From positions 87,234,001 to 87,298,000 of the forward strand of contig OX597814.1 in NCBI GenBank assembly GCA_951406725.2: DNA of 64,000 bases, in the 5' to 3' direction. Below the pieces are notes generated by a model. The model was not told where the DNA came from. It did not search any database and saw nothing but the letters and a program-made list of their open reading frames with translations. The stretch comes from Octopus vulgaris (lineage: Eukaryota). This document shows, one piece after another, positions 52,510 to 64,000 of the stretch (position 1 is its first letter; each line of letters begins with the position of its first letter). Made by a program: the position numbers and the translations under genes.

Positions 52510-54722
52510 CTAAAAAAGAAAAATAAGAAAGGAATTAAAAGAGTGAGAAATAGTGAAATATAATTGGAAATGTATAAAATGCATCAATATAGAAAGGTGG
52601 CGAGCTGGCAGAATCGTTACCGCGCCGGACAAAATGCTCAGCGGCATTTCGCCCGTCTTTGCGTTCTGAGTTCCACCGAGGTCGACTTTACCTTTCATCC
52701 TTTAGGAGTCAATAAAATAAGTACCAGTTGAATACTGGGGTCCATGTAATCGACTTACCCCGAACTTGCTGGTTTTATGCCAAAATTTGAAAACAAAATA
52801 TAAAAGAAATACAATGTTCCTAATACTCTGATTTGCTATTCATAGGTAAGTATTATTTTTATGATTTAAATAAATAAGTACAGTACACACTCAAGAAATA
52901 TGGTATAAGTTATATTTGAGAAAAACGTCTAACAAGTATTCTTTAAAAGTAAAATTTTCAAAAAAGACCGATATATTTTAGAGAAATATTGTTCATTTAT
53001 CCCAGATGTCTCTCTCTCTCTATCTACCTCTCTCTTTATAGGTGGTGGTCATGGATCTCCATGCCAAAGTTTCTCTTTTCCCTGTTAATAAAATTTTATA
53101 TTGACTCCCGGCTATAAAAGAGGCACAGGCCCGAAGTCACGTGTTGTGGATTCAAACAAAGACCATATGGCCTCGATACAACCTTCTTAACCGCATGACC
53201 GTAGATTTATACAAAGAAAAATAGAGTAAAAGTGTCATAAAATAGATTGTTTCAGATGCAGATCTAGACCAGCTTTTACTCTATCGCTAAAACTGAGGTG
53301 TCAGACGAAATTAACCATAGCAGGATTTGAACTAAGAGTGTAGACAGAGAAGAATCTAAATAGCAGTTTATCACTTGGGTAAAAATAAAACCCAAAAGTT
53401 TTAGGGAGTCAACAACAATTATATAGGCCTCAGTACGTAGCTGGTGTTTTGTTTTAGCGAGCCAGGACAGATGAAATGCAAAGTCGATCTCGGCAAAGTA
53501 AATATAAATATTGGCTTCAAATTTTGGCAACAAGTTCGGAGGAGGGTTTAAGTAGATTACACCAACCCCAGTCCTCAACTGGTACTTATCTTATCGACCT
53601 CGAAAGGATGCAAGGCAAAGTCGAATTTGACGGAATATGAACTGAGAACCTAAAGACGGACGAAATACCGCTAGCACATCAACGAAATATAGTTGAATTA
53701 GCAATCTGTGAAGCAGATATATTGTTGAAAGTCTGCTAAACTACGACATTCGTCTCGAGAATGCATCTTTTATAGACATATAGAATTAAAAATCACAGAT
53801 ATGCATCGGTAGCGTTGCTGAATACGTATTTCTGCCTCATTGACCTTCGTCAGTAGCAAGTATTCACTGGCGACCGCATGCAAATACAAAATAAGGCGTT
53901 ACTAATATAGTAAAATAATGATTGAAAATTCATTGATGTCGCAATTAGCCGGCAACTGAATTAAATTTCGCTATGGGATGAAAAACAGTATTAGTGCATT
54001 AAAATTAAAGCACTATACGCCCATAAATGATGCCACAGTTTAGCAGGCTGTCAACAGGAAATGCTATTTTGAACCAATATTGTTTCTGTCGCTCACAGCG
54101 AATCATTGGATTATTTTATAACAACCCTTGTTCTATTTGTTATATTTAATGTTCTCTATGTATGAATTTCTCATTCAAGCCAAATTTGAAAAATTGAAAC
54201 ATCCTTTAACATTACATTTATCAATTATACAAATAACATTTAAGTCATGAGTTTCGAGCAAACGAAGGCAACTCTATGGGATCAATGGTATGAAAAATCC
54301 CCTCAAATTTTATTCTGTCATTTTAAGGCTGGAAGGCCACATTGATTAATATAGTCTATTATATGGAAAATAAAGACAACTGAGAAGGTAAATAATTTTT
54401 ACTGCAACATCTCGTGATCAAATCTTTTAATACAAGGCATACTCATTAATGATAAAGTAGTTGGTCATAATGTAGTCATAATTAGTCAGTGAAACTGTTA
54501 GTTGTTGCTGTCGTCATCATCCCACAAGACATGTAAGTCTCTTTCCAATATGACCGTAAAATTAAAGGTTGTTACGTCAGTACATACACACACTCACTCA
54601 TACATGCACGCGCGCAAGCACACACATATACCTGTAGCGTATGCGTGTGCATATACGTGCGTATGTGTACATCTCTCTCTCTCTCTTTCTCTTTCTGTGT
54701 CTGTGTCTGTGTCTCTCTCTAA

Positions 54723-54763
<41 letters not shown>

Positions 54764-54814
54764 GTGTATTTAAAGTTTTATTTCACGCTGTGATCTGAAT
54801 AAATCACACACACA

Positions 54815-55209
<395 letters not shown>

Positions 55210-55229
55210 ACATTAAGACCACAGAGCCA

Positions 55230-56330
55230 ACATGAGAAAGTGAAAATCTCTCGAATCCTTTACTTGTTTGACCAAAGCAGGTCAGGCTCTTTAAACATAT
55301 CTAAAGAAAAAATTGAAACCCGTTTAGACAGTTTCTGTTTGAAGCTCCATGAAGCCATCTGCATACAGCCAGACAATGATGAGTTCTTTTTTCATCTAAA
55401 CCTGAAAACTAATTGACCTTTTGGATCTTAGTTAAGGAAAGGGAAGTTCAAAAGTCTCCCAGGCAACAATGTTATCCCATCAAACTTTTAGAAGCATTAT
55501 GCTGATGTCCTCAGAGTGTTTATTTCAGTGAGCCTAAAAAGAAGGAACTCGGCAAAGGGAATGCAGATGCCTCTTGAGGAGATGGCATAATTTATTGATC
55601 AGTTCCGTCCGATATCTCTTCTCAGGTGTTTTATTGATATTGGCATGAAAGCTGCCATGGTTCTTTGCATTGAATGAATTCATAAACACAACAGTTTAGA
55701 AAGCTTGTGCTTCGAGATTCCCAGACTTCCTTGAGCATACTCAGAGGATTTGGAGTTTAATTAAACATGCTAGGAAGGGACAAATATTCTTCTGATTATC
55801 ATGTTTGATCTGACATATGCATATTGATCGATTCTGTATGCATCGCTAGACAAAGCATTGAACGTTTTGTGCATTTCAGTGGGCGTCAACGAAGTTCTAA
55901 CATTGTGTCTTGGATCAGTATCCTTACGGTTTGCCACCAAAGAATTTCATGATCAACTGGTAGGCATTGAAGCTAGTTATTATGACTAGAAAGGAACTGA
56001 TTTTAACGAGCAGGGAGTAGTTAGTTAAGAACCTTGACATAATATCCTTAGACGATGTCAAAATTGGCAATTAAAGGCCAAATCGAGACAAGTACCATTG
56101 ACAACAGCAGGTTAGAGCAGTTAAAACTTGTCGTGGTATAGGATTTGGGGAATTCCACTGTTCGTGTTGACAGAAACCGCACAGGAAATGGAAAAATGAT
56201 AGGTGCAGTACAAATCACAAGGGATGGACTGGAATAGATGCGTACATAACAGATGGATATCACATGAATAACAAATAACAATGGTCGGGAGTAATAATAA
56301 CAAATTGAATCTACAAGGCTTTTGAAATAA
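55230..56330 (+). mobile_element. Hero/NeSL-like LINE RT remnant
   Basis: KSLPGNNVIP, IDQFRPISLL, FLEHT..IW and FDLTYAY fragments. Confidence 0.55.
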
Positions 56331-56487
56331 AATAAAAACAAAAGCATTATTGAATATTATTCTTAGAAGAAGCAATTTGTGATAGCAACTAACTGTATTT
56401 GACAACTGCAGATTAGCGGGGAATTATAAGGTTCATGTTATCTATAAGGTCGTTTGACAAGGTTTATGACAATTCCAAGTATTATGC

Positions 56488-56520
<33 letters not shown>

Positions 56521-56623
56521 TGTGTGTGTTTATTTGTTTGTTAGATTTGTGTGTGTGTAGGTGTGTGTGCGTGCGTGTGCATGTGTATAATTGAATTCAA
56601 TGTTTCAGAAGATATTTACATAC

Positions 56624-56826
56624 CAGATCATCCACATCAGTGGGTTCTTCCATCTTGTAGCCCCATGGGTAAATCCATAATTGTCCATATGCGTGTAGAC
56701 TGATATAAGCTATCAATTCACCTTGTCTCATTCTCATGGCGTTAGCTAAGGCCATGGTCTCCGGTTCAGAGAGGGCTGTTGGTCCAGAATATTCCACACT
56801 GCACGGGTCGCTACTGGATCCATCCT
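56624..56826 (-). CDS. M14A carboxypeptidase exon
   Basis: ttcag| ... |gtatgt. Encodes EDGSSSDPCSVEYSGPTALSEPET...YISLHAYGQLWIYPWGY...VDDL, with the His196 zinc ligand. Confidence 0.95.
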
Positions 56827-57225
56827 CTGAAGAAAAATCATGAAATAGCATATATTTTTAAATTATTAATACACGTACAAATGCCTAAATATGTTCAGGT
56901 CAGCCCTGGTTGAACAGACTATAATCAAAGCCGTTCCAGCCGTGACTATCCCATCTTTTATTCAGACGTAGTTTATCGCGGGCTATATCATGTTCTATGC
57001 ACTTTTTTTTCAAATAACAGTAATATATACTATGAAGGAAATTTAAATGTCCCCTCGGGATTTATTATAGGAGAGAATTTGGTAACAGTGTTGTTCGTGT
57101 CATTCAATGGTGGTATTAAAAGTGCCTATATATATCTATATCTATCTATATATAATAGTAAGTTAAAAGAAAAAAGCTACTTTCACAAAGCCAGTATTCA
57201 ATCGAAAATATGACCACGCACTTAC

Positions 57226-57319
57226 CATTCCAATGGTTTGGGAAATTCCTGTTGATATCAACTCCAATACAGTGATTGTAATTCGGTGAACGCGAGCGAG
57301 TCTTTCTCCAGAGACGATC
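57226..57319 (-). CDS. M14A zinc carboxypeptidase (CPB-like) exon
   Basis: aag| ... |gtaagt. Encodes DRLWRKTRSRSPNYNHCIGVDINRNFPNHWN, with Arg127 and Asn144-Arg145 equivalents. Confidence 0.93.
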
Positions 57320-57717
57320 CTTCAAAATATTTTTTTTTAAATGAAAGAAAGAGAATAATTTATCGGTACATTTCCTTTACAATAAAAAATGTAACCTATG
57401 CATCACGAAAGTTCAGTTTAAGTCACGTTTCAGTATATTTCAATGTATGAATTAATATATTTCGTACGATAACGTCTTATGGATTAGCAAGGCTCTGGTT
57501 TCGGTCAGAGATATGATTCACTTCGAAGAAAGTTCCAAATATACATCTACATGTGTGTTTGCTCGTGCACGCTGCGTGGCACCTTGAGCTGGTGTATTTT
57601 ACTATAGCATCGGTTCAATAAGTACTTTGTGAAAAAAATTCGGTAGACATACATAAATACATACACACACACACACATACACATATCGAAATGTTTGCGC
57701 CAAGCAGTGTTTAGGCA

Positions 57718-58053
57718 TAAGCAAAATTTAGGTTAGTTAAAATATGTTTGTGACATATTTCAATTGCTAAAAGGCAAATACACTACTGTTTCCGTAGAGA
57801 AAATAATTCAGTCAATGTTGACAGAATTATACATAAAGCTAGAATAGCCGCTCTTAGGTACATCGCGTTGACAAGAGTCAATAAATTCAAAACACTGATG
57901 TCTGGGATTCCTAATAGATGGCAACACTGAACAGACCGGATGTTTTCACACATTTTACTATAAAAGAGATATTTTCTCCACAGTAACTGCAGTGTATTTA
58001 CCTTTTAGCAGTTGAAATATGTCACAAACATATTTAAACCTGAATTTTGCTTA
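57718..58053. mobile_element. MITE / foldback element
   Basis: Imperfect TIRs of about 85 bp: taagcaaaatt...atatgtttgtgacatatttcaa and its reverse complement. Confidence 0.75.
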
Positions 58054-58655
58054 TATATATAAAATTCTTCCCTGAAGACAGAGGCTGGTATTATCCGATG
58101 ATGGAATCAATTTGCAATCATTATTTTTGACATCTCCCCCAGAAACAGCTGTTGGACTCGTAAAACTCTTATTCAACCACTTTAATTCCTGATATCATTT
58201 CTATTCTATGTAAGCCGAGCATTTTTATATGTAAACGTGTACATTTTTTGTATATCGACTTGCCTATCCTTACATTTATTTCTTTACCTTCTCCAGTTTA
58301 AATCTCTTGAGCACGACGAAGTGTATTCTATACAGAGAACAAGTCTCTCATCTCTCTCTCTCTCTCTCTCTGTTTATACATACACACACACATACACATA
58401 CATATATTAAATTACAGTTTACCCTAACGGCTTAATCAACCTGTGGTCAGCATTTAAGAAAATAAGGCTTGTTGCAACTTGCAGCGCATACAACACGTGC
58501 TGTACATAGAGAGAAGTGCGTTGAATTTGTATTTAGAAATGGATGAAGCAGATCAGGTGGAACAGAGGTGGAAAAGACCGAAGACCTACTGAAGGGCGGG
58601 TACGCGAAGAGTGCATTTAAGGCGTATAGCAAGCTGGGGAGAGTGAAATGGACGG

Positions 58656-58740
58656 GAAAGCACCGGTTCTCATCCGATCACTGAAGTTAAACAACGTCGA
58701 GTCTAGTTAGTACTTAGATGGATGACAGCTTGGGGAACCC
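58656..58740 (+). pseudogene. 5S rRNA-derived fragment, 5'-truncated
   Basis: gaaagcaccggttctcatccgatcactgaagttaaacaacgtcgagtctagttagtacttagatggatgacagcttggggaaccc follows the metazoan 5S sequence with substitutions; both ends are missing or diverged. Confidence 0.85.
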
Positions 58741-59053
58741 ATCTCGTTTTTTAGGCGCAGATGTGACTGTGATAAGAAGTTTGCTTCCCAACCATACTGT
58801 TCCGGGTTCAGTCCCACTGCATACTACGGTTGGCAGTGTCTTCTATAGCCTCGGTCCGATCAAAGCCTTGTGAATGGATCTGGTAGACGGAAACTGAAAG
58901 TAGGTCGTCGTATATATATATATACATACGTATGTGCGTGCGCGCGTGCGCGTGTGCGTGTGTGTGTGTGTGTGTGATTGCGGGTCTTTGTGTTTGTGCT
59001 TATACAGCTAAACATATTATCCGGCGCAGTAATCGTTCTACCAGCTCGCCCCC

Positions 59054-59054
<1 letters not shown>

Positions 59055-59118
<64 letters not shown>

Positions 59119-59236
59119 TATTATTATTATTATTATTATTACAATGGAAGAAGAAGAAGAAGAAGAAGAAGAAGAAGAAGAAGAAGAAGAAGAAGAAGAA
59201 GAAGAAGAAGAAGAAGAAGAAGAAGAAGAAGAAGAA
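59055..59236. repeat. Compound (AAT)n(TAT)n(AAG)n microsatellite
   Basis: Read directly from the sequence. Confidence 0.97.
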
Positions 59237-59686
59237 ATGCTGATAAACGAAATTTTAGCTTCCACTATCACCGTTGACATAGGCTAGCATATTAGAACAC
59301 GCAAAGTAGACGTAAGAAATGACTGAGGAAATGAAGCTGACGCAGTGCTGGTAGAGGCTAACTTGAGAAATTGACGTGAAGTCTAAAGCTTTATTATGCT
59401 GAGGTATCATACGCTCGTACTTGGTTGAATACGAGAGCTAATCTTGCACAGCGTAATTGCGCCAACCTTGCGATATTTTCACGGCAGATTAAACTACAGA
59501 TTAACAAATAATCTGACCCAAATATGAATAAATTATCTCGATGTATAGAAACTGTTTATTTACTCAATATGTAATCAAGTTAATAGAAGTAACGACGATG
59601 GCGATTCTTACGACTAGGACAACAAGGAACATAGTGATGATGACGACGACGACGACGACGACGACGAAGAAGAAGAAGAAGAAGAA

Positions 59687-59717
<31 letters not shown>

Positions 59718-60923
59718 TTTAGGATCACAAGGAAGAAAGAACTGTTTGAACATTAATTTCGCCGAAGAAATATCCTCAGATTTGTCAGAGAAATAAAATG
59801 CGATTGTGTGATGTTTATGCATTTTTCAGCTAATTAGAGACGTAAAACGCGCTCAATCTTGCTTGATACTTGACTCAAGGTGATGACTTGTCGTTATGCA
59901 AAAATGTCTTCCACTTTGGACATTTCTATAATATTGCCTATGAATCTAGGTTTGTAGACGCGGGATCTCAACCTCTAAAATTACTTTGCTCTGATAGCAA
60001 ATACTTTGCAGAATTCACTCCACATACCGTTGCAAATGAGCGAAGCGGGGAAAGATTTGGTAAAATAAAGGAAAAATAAATGTAAAATTAGACATTCTTT
60101 ATTCCTGTACCACTGAAAGCCATCGCTCACGTATCCAGGAAAGGAGCGGTCTCTTAGATATTGGCTCACCTTTATTAGTCTTTTAAAGTTATGGTCGGAA
60201 GAAGAGAAATAGCTACTTGTAGGTTGATGGTTACAGAAAATATTTGGGCTTCTGGAGGGCTAATTTATTTCTGAGAAGGAAGAATTGAGCAAAGGATTTA
60301 GTGTGGGGGATCTAGTGAACTAAACATAGATGTTGCTTGCTAGTTCAGAGAAGCAGAAGCTCTTGTAGTTGAGGTAGGAAAAAGAAAGAAGCTAATTGTA
60401 GTCAGGGCTGTTTTTAAGTACTCATGGGCCCAAGTGCTGTACAGAAAAAATAACGGTTCACCATCGCTTTTGAAATATTATGAAATTATATCATTCATGG
60501 GCCTCCTGGATCCGGGTGCTGTTGTATCTATTGCCCTTAAGCTGGCTTTGATTGTTACATGTTGGTGAATTATCCTTTGGTAGTCTGCCATATTCTTCTG
60601 GATGTATTCTAGGATGTGTGTGTCGTTGTAATACCTCAGATATGGAGGCAGTATTCGAATGTAGATCTTATATATGAATGCACGTAGCCTAGTAGTAGGC
60701 TCTTAGATTCAGGATCGTTAGATCATAGGTTCTGATTTCCGAAGTGGGCAGCACATTACGTCCTTCCGCAAGGCACTTCATTTTACGTTGCTCCTTCCCA
60801 TTCAGCTAAAAACGAGATCTCTCTGCTACAGAGTAGTAGCACCTCTCAGATAATTAACTCCAAATCTTGTAATTACAAGATATCAACAATCTTTGATGTC
60901 TACGACACTCTGAATGATGATGC

Positions 60924-60957
<34 letters not shown>

Positions 60958-61837
60958 AACGACAACGTCGACGATGATGATGTCTTGAGCTTTGTAGAAT
61001 GTCAACTGACCAAAGATAAAATTTATTCTAGGTCCGATGAAGGAGCGTAATTAATTGCAATTTTAATTTTAGTTATGTTATTTAAAGGATATGAAAAGAT
61101 CATTAGAATCTGAAGCTAATAGCTTGTGACTAATGAATAAAGAAAACACACACAGACAAAATATTCTCTAGCAACAAGGCTTTGAAGTTACGTGTGTGTA
61201 TCTGCGCGCGCGTGTGTATACACAGAGTTTCCTTCTCAAATTTGACATTATCAGTTTCAGTCTCGTTTATGTCAATCCCAAATTCATTATCACCAGCCTC
61301 AATTTCGTTATCGGCTGTCTCAATTACGCTGAGTTCTATTTCGTTATCGTCACTGTAGGGTGGAGCGAATTTTTTTATGAACTGACATTGATGTTTCGTG
61401 TGAATCAACATACTCGTCAGCACAGATATTGCAATATGCGATGTCTTCTCATCGTACGTCTGACTGCACATGCAATCACATAATGGGGGTGTTGGTAGTA
61501 ACATTTCCTCCGGAAAATGAACGTACGGGTTCTTCACATGTTTCACATCTATATTTAATGCTTTTAAACATATAAAGTGGCCAAGTTGAAAGGAACTATG
61601 ATACATAAAATATCATGGCTTATATATATATATATGATGCAGCACGGACTTTGTCAGTGAACAGGTCGCGGATTTTAGCGACGAAAATATTTTGACAAAT
61701 TAAACTTAAATGTTGGAGTGAATCGAACGGCTTTTGTGTGTTTCTTAAATGGCTTATAAACACCTTCCACGCTGCTATTGTTTTCGTTTCAGCACACGAT
61801 CTCAGATCAAATTACTTGCTATGCGAGTACATCTCCG

Positions 61838-61839
<2 letters not shown>

Positions 61840-61881
<42 letters not shown>

Positions 61882-62530
61882 TTGTACACACACGCACATG
61901 TATACATACATTCACTCGCACGCACGTACACACACACGCCCACACACACACATTTACATATATATACAATACACGCACACACACATATACACGTACAAAC
62001 ACACACCGATACATATACATACACACAATATATACCTACTCGCGCACGCACACATACACATACGTACACACATATAGGCACAGACACACACACATACATA
62101 CACACACAAAAACATGCGCACACATAGGCACGCACACACGCACACCAATGCACACACTCAAAACTCACAAACCCCACAGATACACCCATATACATCCATA
62201 TACGCTTACACACTCACACATACAAACGCACACATACACGTACACACAGCTACACGCACATACATACACACACACACAAATGAACCCACACATTCGTCCC
62301 ATACACACGGTACACAATTATACATACACGCACGCAATTATACATACATATATATATACACACACACGCACGTACAAGCACACACGCACACATACACTAA
62401 CTTAAGCACAGTTATTCGCCACACACCCAAACCCTACGCATACACACACGAACACACACATACACACACACACACTACAAACAAAACAGACACACGATAT
62501 ATATACATACACGCACACACACACATACTT
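61840..62530. repeat. Degenerate (CA)-rich low-complexity tract
   Basis: Read directly from the sequence. Confidence 0.9.
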
Positions 62531-62989
62531 CTTTGTTCTGACCCGTGGCTGGGACACAAAAAAACACCACTCCTTATTCTTACAAACTGGCCAGCTACTA
62601 GCCTGTTGTTTGCAGCCAGAACCATACACACATACACACACACGCACATACACACTTGTTTCAGTCATTGGTCTGCAACTAGGCTAGGGTACCTAGCGTG
62701 TAGTCGAGGAAATCGATCCCAATACATTTTGAAGTCTGATACTTACTGTATTGGTCTCTTTTGCCGAACCGCTGTGCTTTGGGAACATAAAGAAACCAAT
62801 ACCAATTGTGAAGTGGTAATAGGAGACAAACACAAATTCAAAGACACCCGCGTAGATACTACATACAAACACACACACATACATACACACACACACGCAC
62901 ATTCAGTTGAAATTTACAGAAAAACAAAAGACGAAGACAGGTGTATAAACAACAAGCAGGTGTATTAGTCTGACGCTCGAAAACAACTC

Positions 62990-63940
62990 ACTCTGATCGT
63001 TTTGATAAGATCCAGGCCATGATTGACAATGACCCAGGCCATGATTAACAAGTCAATCAGGACCATCGCCAGGGACTTAGGAGTGTCTGAGTTTCTTAAT
63101 AGGCAGGTAGTGCATGAAAACATTCGGTGTTCTTCATACAAGATGAGAAAGGACCAATTTTTATCCCAAGCCATCAACGACAAGAGGAAAGACCGTGCTA
63201 CGAAGCTTTTGAACAAACTCAAACATCCACTCCAACCGAACATACTTTGGTTTTTCTCAGACGAGAAAAATTTCTGCCAGGATCAGATGGTGAACACACA
63301 GAACAACCGTTGGCTTACCGCGTCCCCAAAACATGTACCGGGGGTGATAAAAATCAAACATCAAGTCAACATCATGGTGTTTGGAGTGGTCACTAGTGAT
63401 GGCGACGTTATGCCTCCATTCATCTTCTCACATTTCCTCAGACTCAACACGGAGGCCTTCATCAAGTGCCTGTGGAGGTAGTGCTGTCCTGAGTCAAGAG
63501 GGCTGCCACTGGAAGACCCTATCTCTGGCAACAGGACTCTGCACCATGCCACACAAGCAGAAGAACCTAGTCATGGCTGTCAGACAATTTCTGCGACGAC
63601 ATCACCCCAACCATCTTGCTACCTAACTTCCCAGACTGTAGCCCCCTTGATTATTATATACGGGGTGCAGTTGAGCGAGAGACATACAAAACTCCTTGCA
63701 ACACCAAAGATGAACTGAAGGCAAGGATTATGACACCATTCACCAACTTAAACAAGAAGACCGTCCAGAAGAGTTACAGGATATTCTGAAGTCGCCTGGA
63801 GGTCATGGTTGAAGCCAATGGCGATTTTACCCTTTAGTATTTCAAGATATTTTAATGTAATTATGGTAAATATATCTGTTAAAATAAGACGTCTGTGTTA
63901 TTTTCATTTTTGCGTAATTTAGACAATTTATTGGCTGCAC

Positions 63941-63945
<5 letters not shown>
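62990..63945 (+). mobile_element. Tc1/mariner superfamily (maT-like) transposase remnant, 5'-truncated
   Basis: SIRTIARDLGVS HTH, FFSDEKNF, QQDSAPCH and PDCSPLDY motifs; right TIR ttggctgcaccctg. Confidence 0.85.
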
Positions 63946-63997
<52 letters not shown>

Positions 63998-64000
63998 ATG

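Noticed and set aside
58978-59822. Poly-N/R/S/H ORFs
   Set aside because: Pure trinucleotide repeats, unlike the mixed-codon carboxypeptidase tail.
59981-60169. Possible upstream carboxypeptidase exon
   Set aside because: No HxxE or NPDG motif; those exons probably lie beyond the window.

Overview
AT-rich, microsatellite- and SINE-dense animal genomic DNA; the repeat families look like those of Octopus (taxon is my inference). Three intron-split genes are supported. (1) The last six coding exons of an axonemal dynein heavy chain, DNAH10-like (+, 542-24515). (2) A two-exon, about 121-aa single-pass membrane protein I do not recognise (+, 43645-47954). (3) The last four exons of an M14A carboxypeptidase B-like gene (-, 57319-50820), ending in an unusual protamine-like Arg/Lys tail. 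The rest is transposon debris: Penelope-like, CR1, RTE, R4/Dong-like, I/Jockey-like and Hero-like retroelements, mariner, maT/Tc1, hAT MITEs, Helitrons, tRNA-SINEs and a 5S pseudogene. The main hidden signal is a set of sequence-diverse short elements, mostly next to (TA)n tracts, that carry type I hammerhead ribozyme motifs. One has a fully intact core (13555-13616, -). Another sits in a terminally redundant, about 350-nt retrozyme-like unit interrupted by a gag-only element. All calls were made by eye; no searches or folding programs were run.
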